Assembly: GCA_029548485.1 (NCBI GenBank)
Contig: JAKPNH010000009.1
Span: 1-37,496 of the forward strand
Length of the DNA: 37,496 nt
Direction: 5' to 3'
Source of the DNA: a bacterium
Lineage (GTDB): Bacteria; Patescibacteriota; Minisyncoccia; UBA6257; Colwellbacteraceae
Shown here: positions 1 through 8,755 of the stretch, piece by piece
How the letters are laid out: every line of letters begins with the position of its first letter
How positions within the stretch are numbered: position 1 is the first letter of the stretch
Notes under the pieces: generated by a model
Seen by the model: only the letters and a program-made list of their open reading frames with translations
Databases searched by the model: none
Told to the model about the DNA's origin: nothing
Program-made: the position numbers and the translations under genes

Positions 1-1770
1 GCCGACAAATGCACCAACATAGCTTCTTCCAACCAATGTCTCGTCAACGAACAAAATAAGGGTCTCTGGTCAGGTTCCTGCGAAGGAGGCTCCGGAAACT
101 TCTACAAATGCTGCTGCAACAACCAAACCAACAGTCCGGTATCTTCGGTTCCGTATTACGGGGAGACGAACGACAATTACCCTCCTCCCGAAGGAGTCTG
201 TCCAATAGGAAGCCGCAGAGAATGGAGGAACGGAGCCGAGATCAACCCCAACGAATGCGCCAATATCTGTAATCCACCTCCTCCGCCTGATCCTACCGCT
301 CCTCTTTTTTGTGATTTATCGCAAAACTGTAAATACGGAACTCTCGAAGAACTTGGTGTTTCTCCGGTTCTTGCCACCACTTTCGAACAAGGCGGAAGTT
401 TGAGATCCGGATTGACAAAGTCGGAATGCAATTATCTTTGCGACGACGTGTATGTCTGTAAAGATTCGGTTCCGGTTTCGGTCAAGGGTAAATACACGGA
501 CCCCGATGACTGCGTCTCCGGAGAAGGAGTGTATTGTTTCAAAAGCGGAGACCGCATCTACGAACAATGCCTTTCCGAGGGAGTCTCTCCGGACCAATTC
601 GCCTATTATTATTGCTCCAGCCCTTCGTATGATTGCAACAAAACTTTCCAGACTTTTTCCGATCTGGAATCCTGCGAAAACACCGTACGCGGGAAATGCT
701 ATCGCATGAGCGATAGCTGCGAAGCCGAATGTCCTCCGGAGGGGCTTAGCCAATATCATTGGTGCAATCCCATGGGCGGATGCTCGAGCGGGAATTATCT
801 GTCGGAAGAAGAATGCGAACAAGGCGGCGAAGGAAGGGTTTGTTATTCGGATTTCGGATCTTGTTTTGCCGCTTGTGGGTCTTCAAGTTCCGATATAATT
901 TCCTGCGATTTTCCGGATACGGGCCCTGGCAACGACATCTCGGTTGACCTCGAAGCCGATCCGCAATGCGTTCCCGTAAGATCTGCGAATTACCAATCAA
1001 ATCTTTCTTGGAAAATCGATGTTGGTAACAGTTGCGGCGAGGGCGAAGAACCCACCAACAACAATTTCTCCTGTACAGCCTGCAACATGCCTACTCCGAC
1101 TGCTTTGACCGGGAGTACCACGGTTTCTCCGACGAGAACCACCGAATACGGTATTTCCTGCACCAGAGCTTCTTACAGGTGCTGTTGGGAAGAGAATGAG
1201 GACTACAGCTGCAATTGCGTCGGAGAAGGAGAAGAAAGGATTTGCCAAACCTGCACCCGTGAAATCACCGTCTGCGACGACGGGCACGGTGCTTCCACGG
1301 GAACGGCCAAAACAACGATAAGAGTGGTTCCAACACCCGTTATCCAAAGCTTCACCGCCAATCCGGTGGATATCCTTTATATCGCGGAAGACAAGGTGGG
1401 CGAATCCGGATACAATAAGCCCTCGACTCTTAGCTGGATTTCTTTGGCGGAACAGTTCAGCTTTCCGATAACGATTTCCTGCGCCATAACCAGAGACGAC
1501 GGAGGCTTGGAGTTTGTCAGTCAGAGTCAAAACGATTCCCGGCCGGTTTCTCCTTCGAGAACCACCGTTTATACGCTTCAATGCCGGAACAGCGATAGCG
1601 AAGAACCGGAAACTTGCTATGCGGACTCGGAGGCGGAAAACGCGACCGTCAGGGTATTCGGGGCGGGTATAGAAGAACTGGGGCCGCAGCCTGAACCGCA
1701 GACTTATCTTGAGGGGTTCGGCAAAAAGATCGGTCAGATCATCGACGGGTTTTGGAATCTTTCCGAGTAG
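1..1770 (+). CDS. Large cysteine-rich surface/secreted protein, 5' end outside the window
   Basis: Frame 1 is open from base 1 (ADKCTNIASSNQC...), so the gene extends beyond the listed 400..1770 ORF. It is very Cys-rich and has two Ig-like 'VSP(T/S)RTTxYxxxC' segments near the C-terminus. Confidence 0.75.
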   Translation, partial: ADKCTNIASSNQCLVNEQNKGLWSGSCEGGSGNFYKCCCNNQTNSPVSSVPYYGETNDNYPPPEGVCPIGSRREWRNGAEINPNECANICNPPPPPDPTAPLFCDLSQNCKYGTLEELGVSPVLATTFEQGGSLRSGLTKSECNYLCDDVYVCKDSVPVSVKGKYTDPDDCVSGEGVYCFKSGDRIYEQCLSEGVSPDQFAYYYCSSPSYDCNKTFQTFSDLESCENTVRGKCYRMSDSCEAECPPEGLSQYHWCNPMGGCSSGNYLSEEECEQGGEGRVCYSDFGSCFAACGSSSSDIISCDFPDTGPGNDISVDLEADPQCVPVRSANYQSNLSWKIDVGNSCGEGEEPTNNNFSCTACNMPTPTALTGSTTVSPTRTTEYGISCTRASYRCCWEENEDYSCNCVGEGEERICQTCTREITVCDDGHGASTGTAKTTIRVVPTPVIQSFTANPVDILYIAEDKVGESGYNKPSTLSWISLAEQFSFPITISCAITRDDGGLEFVSQSQNDSRPVSPSRTTVYTLQCRNSDSEEPETCYADSEAENATVRVFGAGIEELGPQPEPQTYLEGFGKKIGQIIDGFWNLSE

Positions 1771-1781
1771 GGGAAACGCTC

Positions 1782-1806
1782 AAATCCTGCGAAAAGCGGG
1801 ATTTTT
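1782..1806 (+). terminator. Intrinsic terminator
   Basis: Hairpin AAATCCTGC-gaaaa-GCGGGATTT with a T run, just after the stop at 1770. Confidence 0.6.
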
Positions 1807-1821
1807 GTTATACTTAACATT

Positions 1822-2571
1822 ATGAAAAAACTGATTGTCGCGAATTGGAAGATGAATCCGGAGACGATTGCGGATGCCAGGTCTTTGCTTAGCCGGTCTC
1901 TCGCGGCAGCGTCTAAAAACAAATCGATTGATTTTTTGGCAGCCGTGCCGGCGCCTTTTCTGGCCGATGCGGTGTTCAAAAAACGAGCCAAATATCTGGC
2001 TGGGCAGAACGTTTCTTGGGGGCAAAACGGGGCTTTGACCGGAGAGTTTTCCGCTAAAATGCTTTATTCCTTGGGAGTGAAATACGCGATCGTGGGCCAT
2101 TCCGAGCGCCGGGAATATTTTTTCGAGAACGAAGAGATCATCGCCAAGAAGATCCGCAGCTGTTTCGAAGCCGGAATAAGGCCCATTCTTTGCCTCGGCG
2201 AATCGACAGCCATCAGGCGGAAGGGCTTGGATCTCGTCAAAATATATCTCAAAGACCAACTGCGGCAGATCATCGCCGGAATAGAGCACAGCTTTATACC
2301 CAAGATCATTTTTGTCTATGAACCGGTTTGGGCCGTCGGAGCGGAAGAGCCCGACGACCCGGAAAGCAGCGCCGAACTCATAAGCCATATGAAATCGACG
2401 CTCAATGAATTCTTCGGAGTCCCGAAATCAAAAGTGCTCTACGGAGGATCGGTCGACAGCTCGAATATCCGCGAGATTTTGGCCAAAAAGCCGGTTGACG
2501 GGGCTCTCGTCGGCCGGGCGAGCATCGACCCCGCGGAATTAACAAAACTCGTCAAAAATGCTAAAATATAA
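1822..2571 (+). CDS. tpiA: Triosephosphate isomerase
   Basis: Motifs ANWKMN, GHSERR, YEPVWAVG and LYGGSV. Confidence 0.97.
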   Translation: MKKLIVANWKMNPETIADARSLLSRSLAAASKNKSIDFLAAVPAPFLADAVFKKRAKYLAGQNVSWGQNGALTGEFSAKMLYSLGVKYAIVGHSERREYFFENEEIIAKKIRSCFEAGIRPILCLGESTAIRRKGLDLVKIYLKDQLRQIIAGIEHSFIPKIIFVYEPVWAVGAEEPDDPESSAELISHMKSTLNEFFGVPKSKVLYGGSVDSSNIREILAKKPVDGALVGRASIDPAELTKLVKNAKI

Positions 2572-2573
2572 AC

Positions 2574-3350
2574 ATGGATACAAAAACAGCAGATAAAGAC
2601 AAATTTCATTATAAGAATTACAAGGTCAAGATGATCTTGAGCTTGTCTCTGGTGATTCTGGTTTTCGCCGGGGTTTTTGCCTTGACCGAATGGGGCAAAA
2701 GCCTGACGCCGGCGAGAACGATCACCGTGAGCGCGGACAGCAAAGTGGCCATCGCGCCCGATCTCGCGGAAATCTCCTTCTCGGTCATCACCGAAGGAAC
2801 GAATCCGACCTTGATCCAAACTCAGAATACGACCAAGATGAACGCCGCCATTCAGTACGTCAAGGAAAAGGGGATCGAAGCCAAGGACATCAAGACGTCC
2901 AATTACAATCTCCAACCGAAATACGAATACGACCGCATCACGAGAACGACCTATATCAGCGGCTACACCTTGACCCAGACGGCCATCGTCAAGATCCGCG
3001 ATCTTTCCAGAATCGCGGAAATCGTCGCCGGTCTTCCCGGATTGGGCGTGAACGAGATCAGCTCGGTCAGGTTCAGCATCGAGGATCCGGACAAATTCTT
3101 GGCCGATACGAGGAAAGAAGCCTTTGAAAAAGCCTTCGATAAAGCCAAAGCCATGGCTTCGATGAACCGCGTTTCCCTGGGCAAAGTGGTGGGCTTTAGC
3201 GAAAGCACCGGCAGTTATGTCCGTTACGATTACGCCTTGGAAAAAGCGCCGCTTGCGAGTATGGGAGGAGCCGCGGCGCCGACGCCGACCATCGAACCCG
3301 GATCAGAAGAAATCACCGTTTATGTCACCGTCAGATATGAGATTAAGTAA
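2574..3350 (+). CDS. SIMPL/DUF541 family protein with N-terminal TM helix
   Basis: N-terminal hydrophobic helix, then TITVS...APDLAEISF, DIKTSNYNLQPKY and a C-terminal IEPGSEEITVYVTVRY, typical of SIMPL/BP26. Confidence 0.85.
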   Translation: MDTKTADKDKFHYKNYKVKMILSLSLVILVFAGVFALTEWGKSLTPARTITVSADSKVAIAPDLAEISFSVITEGTNPTLIQTQNTTKMNAAIQYVKEKGIEAKDIKTSNYNLQPKYEYDRITRTTYISGYTLTQTAIVKIRDLSRIAEIVAGLPGLGVNEISSVRFSIEDPDKFLADTRKEAFEKAFDKAKAMASMNRVSLGKVVGFSESTGSYVRYDYALEKAPLASMGGAAAPTPTIEPGSEEITVYVTVRYEIK

Positions 3351-3429
3351 GAGAAACAAACAAATCTTCAACAAAATAGTCATCGTCTTCATCGTTATCG
3401 CCTTTCTAATTCCGCTTGCTTTCAGGTGA
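3337..3429 (+). CDS. Possible 30-aa single-TM small protein (MRLSKRNKQIFNKIVIVFIVIAFLIPLAFR)
   Basis: The ATG overlaps the end of the SIMPL gene. Basic N-terminus followed by a hydrophobic helix. Confidence 0.4.
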   Translation: MRLSKRNKQIFNKIVIVFIVIAFLIPLAFR

Positions 3430-3434
3430 AGCTA

Positions 3435-3463
3435 TTGACATTCGAGAAAAAAGAGAGTATCAT
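3435..3463 (+). promoter_or_regulatory. Sigma70-type promoter
   Basis: TTGACA (3435-3440), 17 bp, TATCAT (3458-3463). Confidence 0.7.
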
Positions 3464-3515
3464 CTGGTTAGCGAGTGCATAGGCTTTATGCCGGTGCGCC
3501 CGAAAGACTATTTGG

Positions 3516-3548
3516 ATCCCGCCTTTTATTATTGAGGCGGGATTTTTT
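3516..3548 (+). terminator. Intrinsic terminator
   Basis: Stem ATCCCGCCTT / GAGGCGGGAT followed by TTTTT. Confidence 0.75.
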
Positions 3549-3591
3549 GTCCGATTTCGTCGCCATGAGGCTTTTGGATTATAATTAATCC

Positions 3592-4665
3592 ATGATCGCG
3601 ATTTTGCGGATCAATCTCGATATCGAACCGGACGAATTCAAACATTCTTTGCGTTTGCGGCTGGCCGTGGAAGAAATGAAAAAGCTTCTCCGGCGCTACG
3701 AAAAAATCGTTGTTTTGAGCCACCGCGGCCGTCCCGCGAAGCCGGATAAAAGACTCAGCTTGAAACTATCGAAGGAATTTTTGGAATCCGGGATTCGAAA
3801 AAAGATCGTCTTTTTCGAAGATTTCGATTTCGAGAAAATCGCCCGTAAGATAAACTCGTCTCCCGAACGGGTTTTCATGCTCGAGAACCTGCGTTTCCTG
3901 AAAGGCGAAACCGAGAACGACCCGAAGCTCGCCAAAATCCTGGCATCTTTGGGAGATGTTTTTATTAACGACGATTTCGCTTCGAGCCATCGGAAAAACG
4001 CCTCGATTTACGGCATTGTCGGTTTCGCCAAGAAATCCGTTTTGGGCGGAATCGTGAAATCCGAAATAAAACACCTTGAAGCGATCCGCGAAAACCCCGG
4101 AAAACCTTTGGTTTTGATCGTGGGCGGCGCCAAAATATCGGACAAGCTCGGAATTATCGAAAAATTCATCGGAGAAGCCGAATACGCGCTTACCGGAGGC
4201 GGGGTGGCCAATACTTTTCTCAAAGCCGCCGGGATTCCGGTCAAAAAATCGCTCGTCGAAAACAACATGGTTTCCAAAGCCCGGAAGTTCCTGAAATCCG
4301 GAAAAATCGTCATTCCCGCGGATTACCGCGAACGCGGCGGCGAGATACTCGATATCGGCCCGAAAACGGAAAAAATCTACCGGGACATTATTTTGAAAGC
4401 GCGAACCATTGTCTGGGCCGGACCGCTCGGATATGTCGAAGATCCCAAGTTCGCCAGGGGTTCGATCGCGGTTCTGAGAGCGATCGTCAAAACCAAGGGC
4501 CGGGCGGTGATCGGCGGAGGAGACACCACGGCTCTGGCGCTGAAGCACGGTTTCCGGAAGAAAAACGGCTTTCTTTCGACCGGCGGCGGAGCCATGCTCG
4601 AATATCTGGCCGGAAAAAGGCTTCCGGGAATAGAAATCATCGATCGGAAACAAAAACAACCATGA
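3592..4665 (+). CDS. pgk: Phosphoglycerate kinase
   Basis: Motifs SHRGRP, LENLRF, GGAKISDK, GGGDT and STGGGA. Confidence 0.93.
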   Translation: MIAILRINLDIEPDEFKHSLRLRLAVEEMKKLLRRYEKIVVLSHRGRPAKPDKRLSLKLSKEFLESGIRKKIVFFEDFDFEKIARKINSSPERVFMLENLRFLKGETENDPKLAKILASLGDVFINDDFASSHRKNASIYGIVGFAKKSVLGGIVKSEIKHLEAIRENPGKPLVLIVGGAKISDKLGIIEKFIGEAEYALTGGGVANTFLKAAGIPVKKSLVENNMVSKARKFLKSGKIVIPADYRERGGEILDIGPKTEKIYRDIILKARTIVWAGPLGYVEDPKFARGSIAVLRAIVKTKGRAVIGGGDTTALALKHGFRKKNGFLSTGGGAMLEYLAGKRLPGIEIIDRKQKQP

Positions 4666-5495
4666 ACAAAAAAATCGTAGTCTTATATCACAAAGGTTGC
4701 AGCGACGGGTTCGGCGCCGCCTGGGTTTTGTGGAAAAAATTCAAGGACCGGGCGGTCTATTGGCCCATGGAATACCAAGTTCCTCCGCCGGCCATCCTGA
4801 AATCCGCTTCGGAGGTTTACATGGTGGATTTCGGTTTTCCCGCGGAAACCATGAAAACCCTGGCTTCGAAATACAAGATCACGGCCATCGATCACCATCA
4901 AAGCCAAAAACAGGCGATCAAATTCGCCGAGGAGTGGGTTTTCGACATCAAGCATTCGGCCGCGGTGCTTGCCTGGAGTTACCTGAATCCGAAAAAGCCG
5001 ACGCCGGAGCTTTTGAAAAGGATCGAAGATATCGATCTTTGGAAATTCAAGATAAAAGACACCAAAGAAGCCATGGCCTGGCTTGAATCGCACGAACAGG
5101 ATTTCAAGCTTTGGGACAAATTGATGTGGGATTTCGAAAACCCGAAAAAGCGCTCGGTTTTCCTGAAGGAAGGAGCGGCCATACTCCGCTACCAGGGACA
5201 GAAAATCAAAGAATTGAGCGATTCGGCCGTGCCGGCGGTTTTTGAAGGCAGGAAAGCCATGGTCGTCAATTCTCCGGTTTTGGCTTCGGAGATCGGCAAC
5301 CGGCTGGCCTCGAAAGAAGGCCGGGTGGCCATTATCTGGTCGAATAAAAACAAAAAAGTTTTCGTTTCCCTGCGGTCGGTCGGGCAGACCGACGTTTCCG
5401 AACTCGCCAAGCGCTACGGCGGAGGAGGGCACAAACACGCCGCCGGATTCGGATTCAAGGCCGCGAACAATCAATTTCCATGGAAAACAGACTAA
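4662..5495 (+). CDS. DHH/DHHA1 family phosphoesterase
   Basis: Motifs YHxxCxDG, VDF, IDHH and C-terminal GGGGHKHAAG. ATGA overlap with pgk. Confidence 0.9.
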   Translation: MNKKIVVLYHKGCSDGFGAAWVLWKKFKDRAVYWPMEYQVPPPAILKSASEVYMVDFGFPAETMKTLASKYKITAIDHHQSQKQAIKFAEEWVFDIKHSAAVLAWSYLNPKKPTPELLKRIEDIDLWKFKIKDTKEAMAWLESHEQDFKLWDKLMWDFENPKKRSVFLKEGAAILRYQGQKIKELSDSAVPAVFEGRKAMVVNSPVLASEIGNRLASKEGRVAIIWSNKNKKVFVSLRSVGQTDVSELAKRYGGGGHKHAAGFGFKAANNQFPWKTD

Positions 5496-5884
5496 TCATT
5501 AATTGCGACGGAGGGAGCCGGGGAAACCCGGGGCCGGCCGCCATCGGCGCGGTCGTCGGGTTAAAAGAGTACGCCGAGAAAATCGGACGGACAACCAATA
5601 ACGTGGCCGAATGGACCAGCCTTGTTTTTTCCATGAAAAAAGCCAAGCAGATTCTCGGCAAAGCCAAAGCCAAACAGACCGTTCTCGAGATACGGATGGA
5701 CAGCGAATTGGTGATCAAACAAGTGAACGGCGAATATAAAATACTGAATCCCGATCTCCAGTCTTTGTTCATCGACGTCTGGAACTTGAAACAGGATTTC
5801 CAAAAAGCGGAATTCCGTCATGTTCCGAGAGAAGAGAATAAACGGGCCGATTACCTGGTGAATTTGGCTTTGGACAGCAAATAA
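5480..5884 (+). CDS. rnhA: Ribonuclease HI
   Basis: Motifs DGGSRGNPG, TNNVAE, DSELV and HVPREENKRAD. Confidence 0.92.
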   Translation: MENRLIINCDGGSRGNPGPAAIGAVVGLKEYAEKIGRTTNNVAEWTSLVFSMKKAKQILGKAKAKQTVLEIRMDSELVIKQVNGEYKILNPDLQSLFIDVWNLKQDFQKAEFRHVPREENKRADYLVNLALDSK

Positions 5885-5899
5885 TACAGGCGCCTCTAG

Positions 5900-5928
5900 T
5901 TGACCGAAAGCCCGATTTGTGCTATATT
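5900..5928 (+). promoter_or_regulatory. Promoter of rnpB
   Basis: TTGACC, 17 bp, TATATT, about 6 nt before the RNA 5' end. Confidence 0.6.
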
Positions 5929-5934
5929 ACGATC

Positions 5935-6271
5935 GGTAATTCAGACGATTACTCTGTTTTAACAGACGGAGAGGAAAGTCCGGACTCTTTCCGCCGATGA
6001 GGCGGGAACACACCAGTTAAAAGCTGGCTGCCGAAAGGCAAGAGGTGCGAGCAGTGACGTCCCGAGCCGAAAGGCGAGGGAAGACCCGATCCCAAGCTCG
6101 ATGGTCTAATTCCGTTATAGGGATAAAAAGACGGAAGTGAAACGGCTAAATCCTTGTGGAGTGCAAGACCGCGCCCCCCGAGTCAATTCGAGGGGAGAGT
6201 CGCTTGAGCCCGAGAGCGATCGAGGGCCTAGATAAATGATCGTCCAAACAGAATCCGGCTTATGGATTGCC
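5935..6271 (+). ncRNA. rnpB: RNase P RNA
   Basis: Universal motifs GAGGAAAGTCC near the 5' end and ACAGAATCCGGCTTA near the 3' end. Ends pair as P1 (GGTAATTC / GGATTGCC). Confidence 0.95.
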
Positions 6272-6272
6272 A

Positions 6273-6304
6273 AGACCCGCCTTGTAAACAAGGCGGGTCT
6301 TTTA
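6273..6304 (+). terminator. rnpB terminator
   Basis: Perfect stem AGACCCGCCTTG-taaa-CAAGGCGGGTCT followed by TTTT. Confidence 0.85.
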
Positions 6305-6370
6305 TGCCTAAAATGACAAGCTTGCCAAAGCAAAGGACATTCCCATTCGATAATAGAAAGGAGGGACATC

Positions 6371-7552
6371 TTGAGTATTGTCGAATTCGACGAAGAGCGG
6401 GCGGAGATAATATTCGATCTGCTGACGTATTTTTGGCGAATGGCGCGGCCGTTCATCAAACTTCCGCAAGATCGGATGATCCTCCCGACAAACGCCAGTC
6501 CTAGGGAAATCGCCAATTATCTCTACTTTTTGGCGATCGTCCAAAGGGGCGGAGTCATCAGTGACACCCCTTCGGACAGGATCCACGAGCTTTACGCCAA
6601 AAGACCGGATATTTTCGATCCGGTCGAAGTCGTGAAGCTGACTCGGGAAGAAATCCGGGCGATTCTCAATTCCGAGGACGATCCCAAACGGCCACTGGCT
6701 TACAAAATCGACGAATTCAGCGAAGCCTGGTTGAAAAACGCCGAGCTTCTTGTCGCCGAATTCGGAGCCAACGCCCTAAATCTCGTCGATGCGCCGGATT
6801 TTCTGTCAGCTTACGATCGAGTCAGAGGCCGACTTTACGGAATAAGGATGAAGATTTTTTCCTTGTTCGTAATCTGGCTTCAGGAGCGGGAATTGCTTTC
6901 GAGATTCCAAACGGTTCCGCCGCCGATCGATTTCCACGCTTTGAGGCTTTTGATGTCGACCGGCGTGGTCAAGACCGCCGGCCTCGAAGATTCGATTCCG
7001 GAACGGATCCGTTTGACCAAAGCCGCTGAAGAATATCCAATGTTGATCGACACACTTGTCGGCCGGCCGGGGATCAGGGTGAACGAACGCCTGACCGACG
7101 CCGTAGCCATCGGGTGCATGAAGCTTATCGAGGAATTCGGGTACACCCACCTCGACATCAATCCTGGAATGTGGACTTTTTCCAGGAACATGTGCTCCAA
7201 GGCCAAACAGAACGCCGTTTCCCGCCGCCACTCGCTCTTGCTCGATCCGGAAGTTTTGCGAACCGAGCCCGGGCTTTGGGGAAAAGCCAAAGATCCTTGC
7301 GAGGTCTGTATCATGGCCGAACATTGCGACCGAGTTTTCCCGTCGGAGCCGTATTACCGATTGGGTCTGCTTGTGCCGATTGTTCGGCTAAACCGTTCCG
7401 AGGGCTTGAGGCTTATTTATTACCCCAGAGAAGATTTAAGCGTCCGTTTCCGATCTCTTGTGAGATTTCTCACGCGGAACGGCAACGGAAAACACGCTGC
7501 CTCGAAAAAAGAAGCTCTGACGGAGCAATATTCTCTATTCATCGATCCTTGA
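6371..7552 (+). CDS. Divergent HhH-GPD superfamily (endonuclease III-like) DNA glycosylase with probable Fe-S cysteines
   Basis: HhH-like LYGIRMKI, GPD-like PPPIDFHALRL and a C...CEVCIMAEHC cluster. Strong SD (AAGGAGGG) before a TTG start. Confidence 0.6.
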   Translation: MSIVEFDEERAEIIFDLLTYFWRMARPFIKLPQDRMILPTNASPREIANYLYFLAIVQRGGVISDTPSDRIHELYAKRPDIFDPVEVVKLTREEIRAILNSEDDPKRPLAYKIDEFSEAWLKNAELLVAEFGANALNLVDAPDFLSAYDRVRGRLYGIRMKIFSLFVIWLQERELLSRFQTVPPPIDFHALRLLMSTGVVKTAGLEDSIPERIRLTKAAEEYPMLIDTLVGRPGIRVNERLTDAVAIGCMKLIEEFGYTHLDINPGMWTFSRNMCSKAKQNAVSRRHSLLLDPEVLRTEPGLWGKAKDPCEVCIMAEHCDRVFPSEPYYRLGLLVPIVRLNRSEGLRLIYYPREDLSVRFRSLVRFLTRNGNGKHAASKKEALTEQYSLFIDP

Positions 7553-7581
7553 AGGCCGTTCTCGCGAAAGAACGGCTTTTT
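7552..7581. terminator. Hairpin between convergent genes (possibly bidirectional terminator)
   Basis: Stem AAGGCCGTTCT / AGAACGGCTTT with a T run. Confidence 0.65.
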
Positions 7582-7594
7582 GTTGCAAGAAATC

Positions 7595-7876
7595 TTACCT
7601 GCCTTTGTGTTCGTTTTCGTGCTTGCGCCAAGCTTTGGCGACCGCGGCTTCGGTTTTATCCAGATGCATCAGAACGGCGTCGCGGATGGCGGCCGCGTGC
7701 ACCCTTTCTTTGTCGCTCAAGAAATCCATAACCTCGCTCAAGGTTTCATCAACCACTTCTTTCAATTTTTCGCCCATCAACCCGGCCTCCTCGGCCGCCG
7801 CCTTGATGGCTTTTTTTAATTTGTCCTTGTCGAACTTTTCGGTCCCGCCGTGCCTTTTAACAACTTCTTTAGTCAT
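7595..7876 (-). CDS. Stand-alone ATP-cone domain protein
   Basis: VVKRHGGTEKFDKDKLKKAI matches the ATP-cone N-terminal motif (VxKRxG..E.F...KI). 93 aa with no zinc ribbon. Confidence 0.85.
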   Translation of the reverse strand: MTKEVVKRHGGTEKFDKDKLKKAIKAAAEEAGLMGEKLKEVVDETLSEVMDFLSDKERVHAAAIRDAVLMHLDKTEAAVAKAWRKHENEHKGR

Positions 7877-8000
7877 TGTTGAAATATTTTTACGACCTTT
7901 GGCAACGGGAAAATTGCTTATATTTTATGCTGATTCAGTATAGCATAATTATTCGACGGGACATTGAAAAAATAGGCGAAAAATGAGAAAATGGATTTAT

Positions 8001-8071
8001 TGCCGGATCGTCTAACGGTAGGACAGCGGCCTTTGAAGCCGTGAATCTTGGTTCGATTCCAGGTCCGGCAG
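8001..8071 (+). tRNA. tRNA-Gln (anticodon TTG)
   Basis: Acceptor stem TGCCGGA/TCCGGCA, anticodon arm GCGGC-CTTTGAA-GCCGT, T-loop TTCGATT. CCA is not encoded. Confidence 0.96.
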
Positions 8072-8103
8072 CTGATAAAATAAATAACTAAATAAGGAAG
8101 TTA

Positions 8104-8682
8104 GTGAATCAAAAGATATTTGAAATAACTCCGAAAATGATAAAATCTTTACTCCAGGTATTCTGGCTGCTGATTTCTAAGCTTTGGTATATCTGGGCCA
8201 TCGCGTTGATACTTGGTTTGTCTCCAATATTTCTCGACAAGCTCGTTAAAAGCCATCGGATAAAAAGAGCTCGCAAAACTGGAGAAAAATGGTTTTCCGA
8301 TAAAGAATTTCTTCAACAATTAAGAAAAATGGATCCTAGAGATTTTGAAGAATATGTTGCTGAATTATTCCGTGAGCTTGGATACAATGCTAAAGCCGTA
8401 GGGCGTTCTCATGACGAAGGGGTAGATGTCATCGCGGAAAAAGACGGAACCACTCATTATATTCAATGCAAAAGATATAATAGAAAAGTTACACTAGAGG
8501 AGATTCGCGATTTTTACGGTACCCTTGCGGATAAAATCGCGAAAGGCGCTAATTATTTCGTTACCACTGATAGTTTTACTCTTGGAGCAGAAAAGTTTGC
8601 CGAGGATAAGCCTATTGAGCTTATAGATGGGTATAAGCTTGTTAAATACCACAAAATGGCTAATGGAAATAATTATAAGTGA
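8104..8682 (+). CDS. Membrane-anchored Mrr-like restriction endonuclease domain protein
   Basis: N-terminal TM segment, then FEEYVAELF, DEGVD and IQCKRY (D-QxK) motifs of Mrr_cat. AT-rich and directly after the tRNA. Confidence 0.85.
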   Translation: MNQKIFEITPKMIKSLLQVFWLLISKLWYIWAIALILGLSPIFLDKLVKSHRIKRARKTGEKWFSDKEFLQQLRKMDPRDFEEYVAELFRELGYNAKAVGRSHDEGVDVIAEKDGTTHYIQCKRYNRKVTLEEIRDFYGTLADKIAKGANYFVTTDSFTLGAEKFAEDKPIELIDGYKLVKYHKMANGNNYK

Positions 8683-8755
8683 TTTGTATAGGCTAGAAAT
8701 ATATAAAATGGTATAATTATTTTATTATAAACTTAATTAAATTAATTCATATATT

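Noticed and set aside
3464-3515. Hammerhead ribozyme or known riboswitch
   Set aside because: GAAA is present but the CUGANGA core is not, and I recognise no riboswitch consensus.
6115-6586. ORFs overlapping the rnpB region (6115..6516, 6262..6504, 6308..6586)
   Set aside because: They overlap the RNase P RNA, its terminator or the 6371 gene and show no protein motifs.
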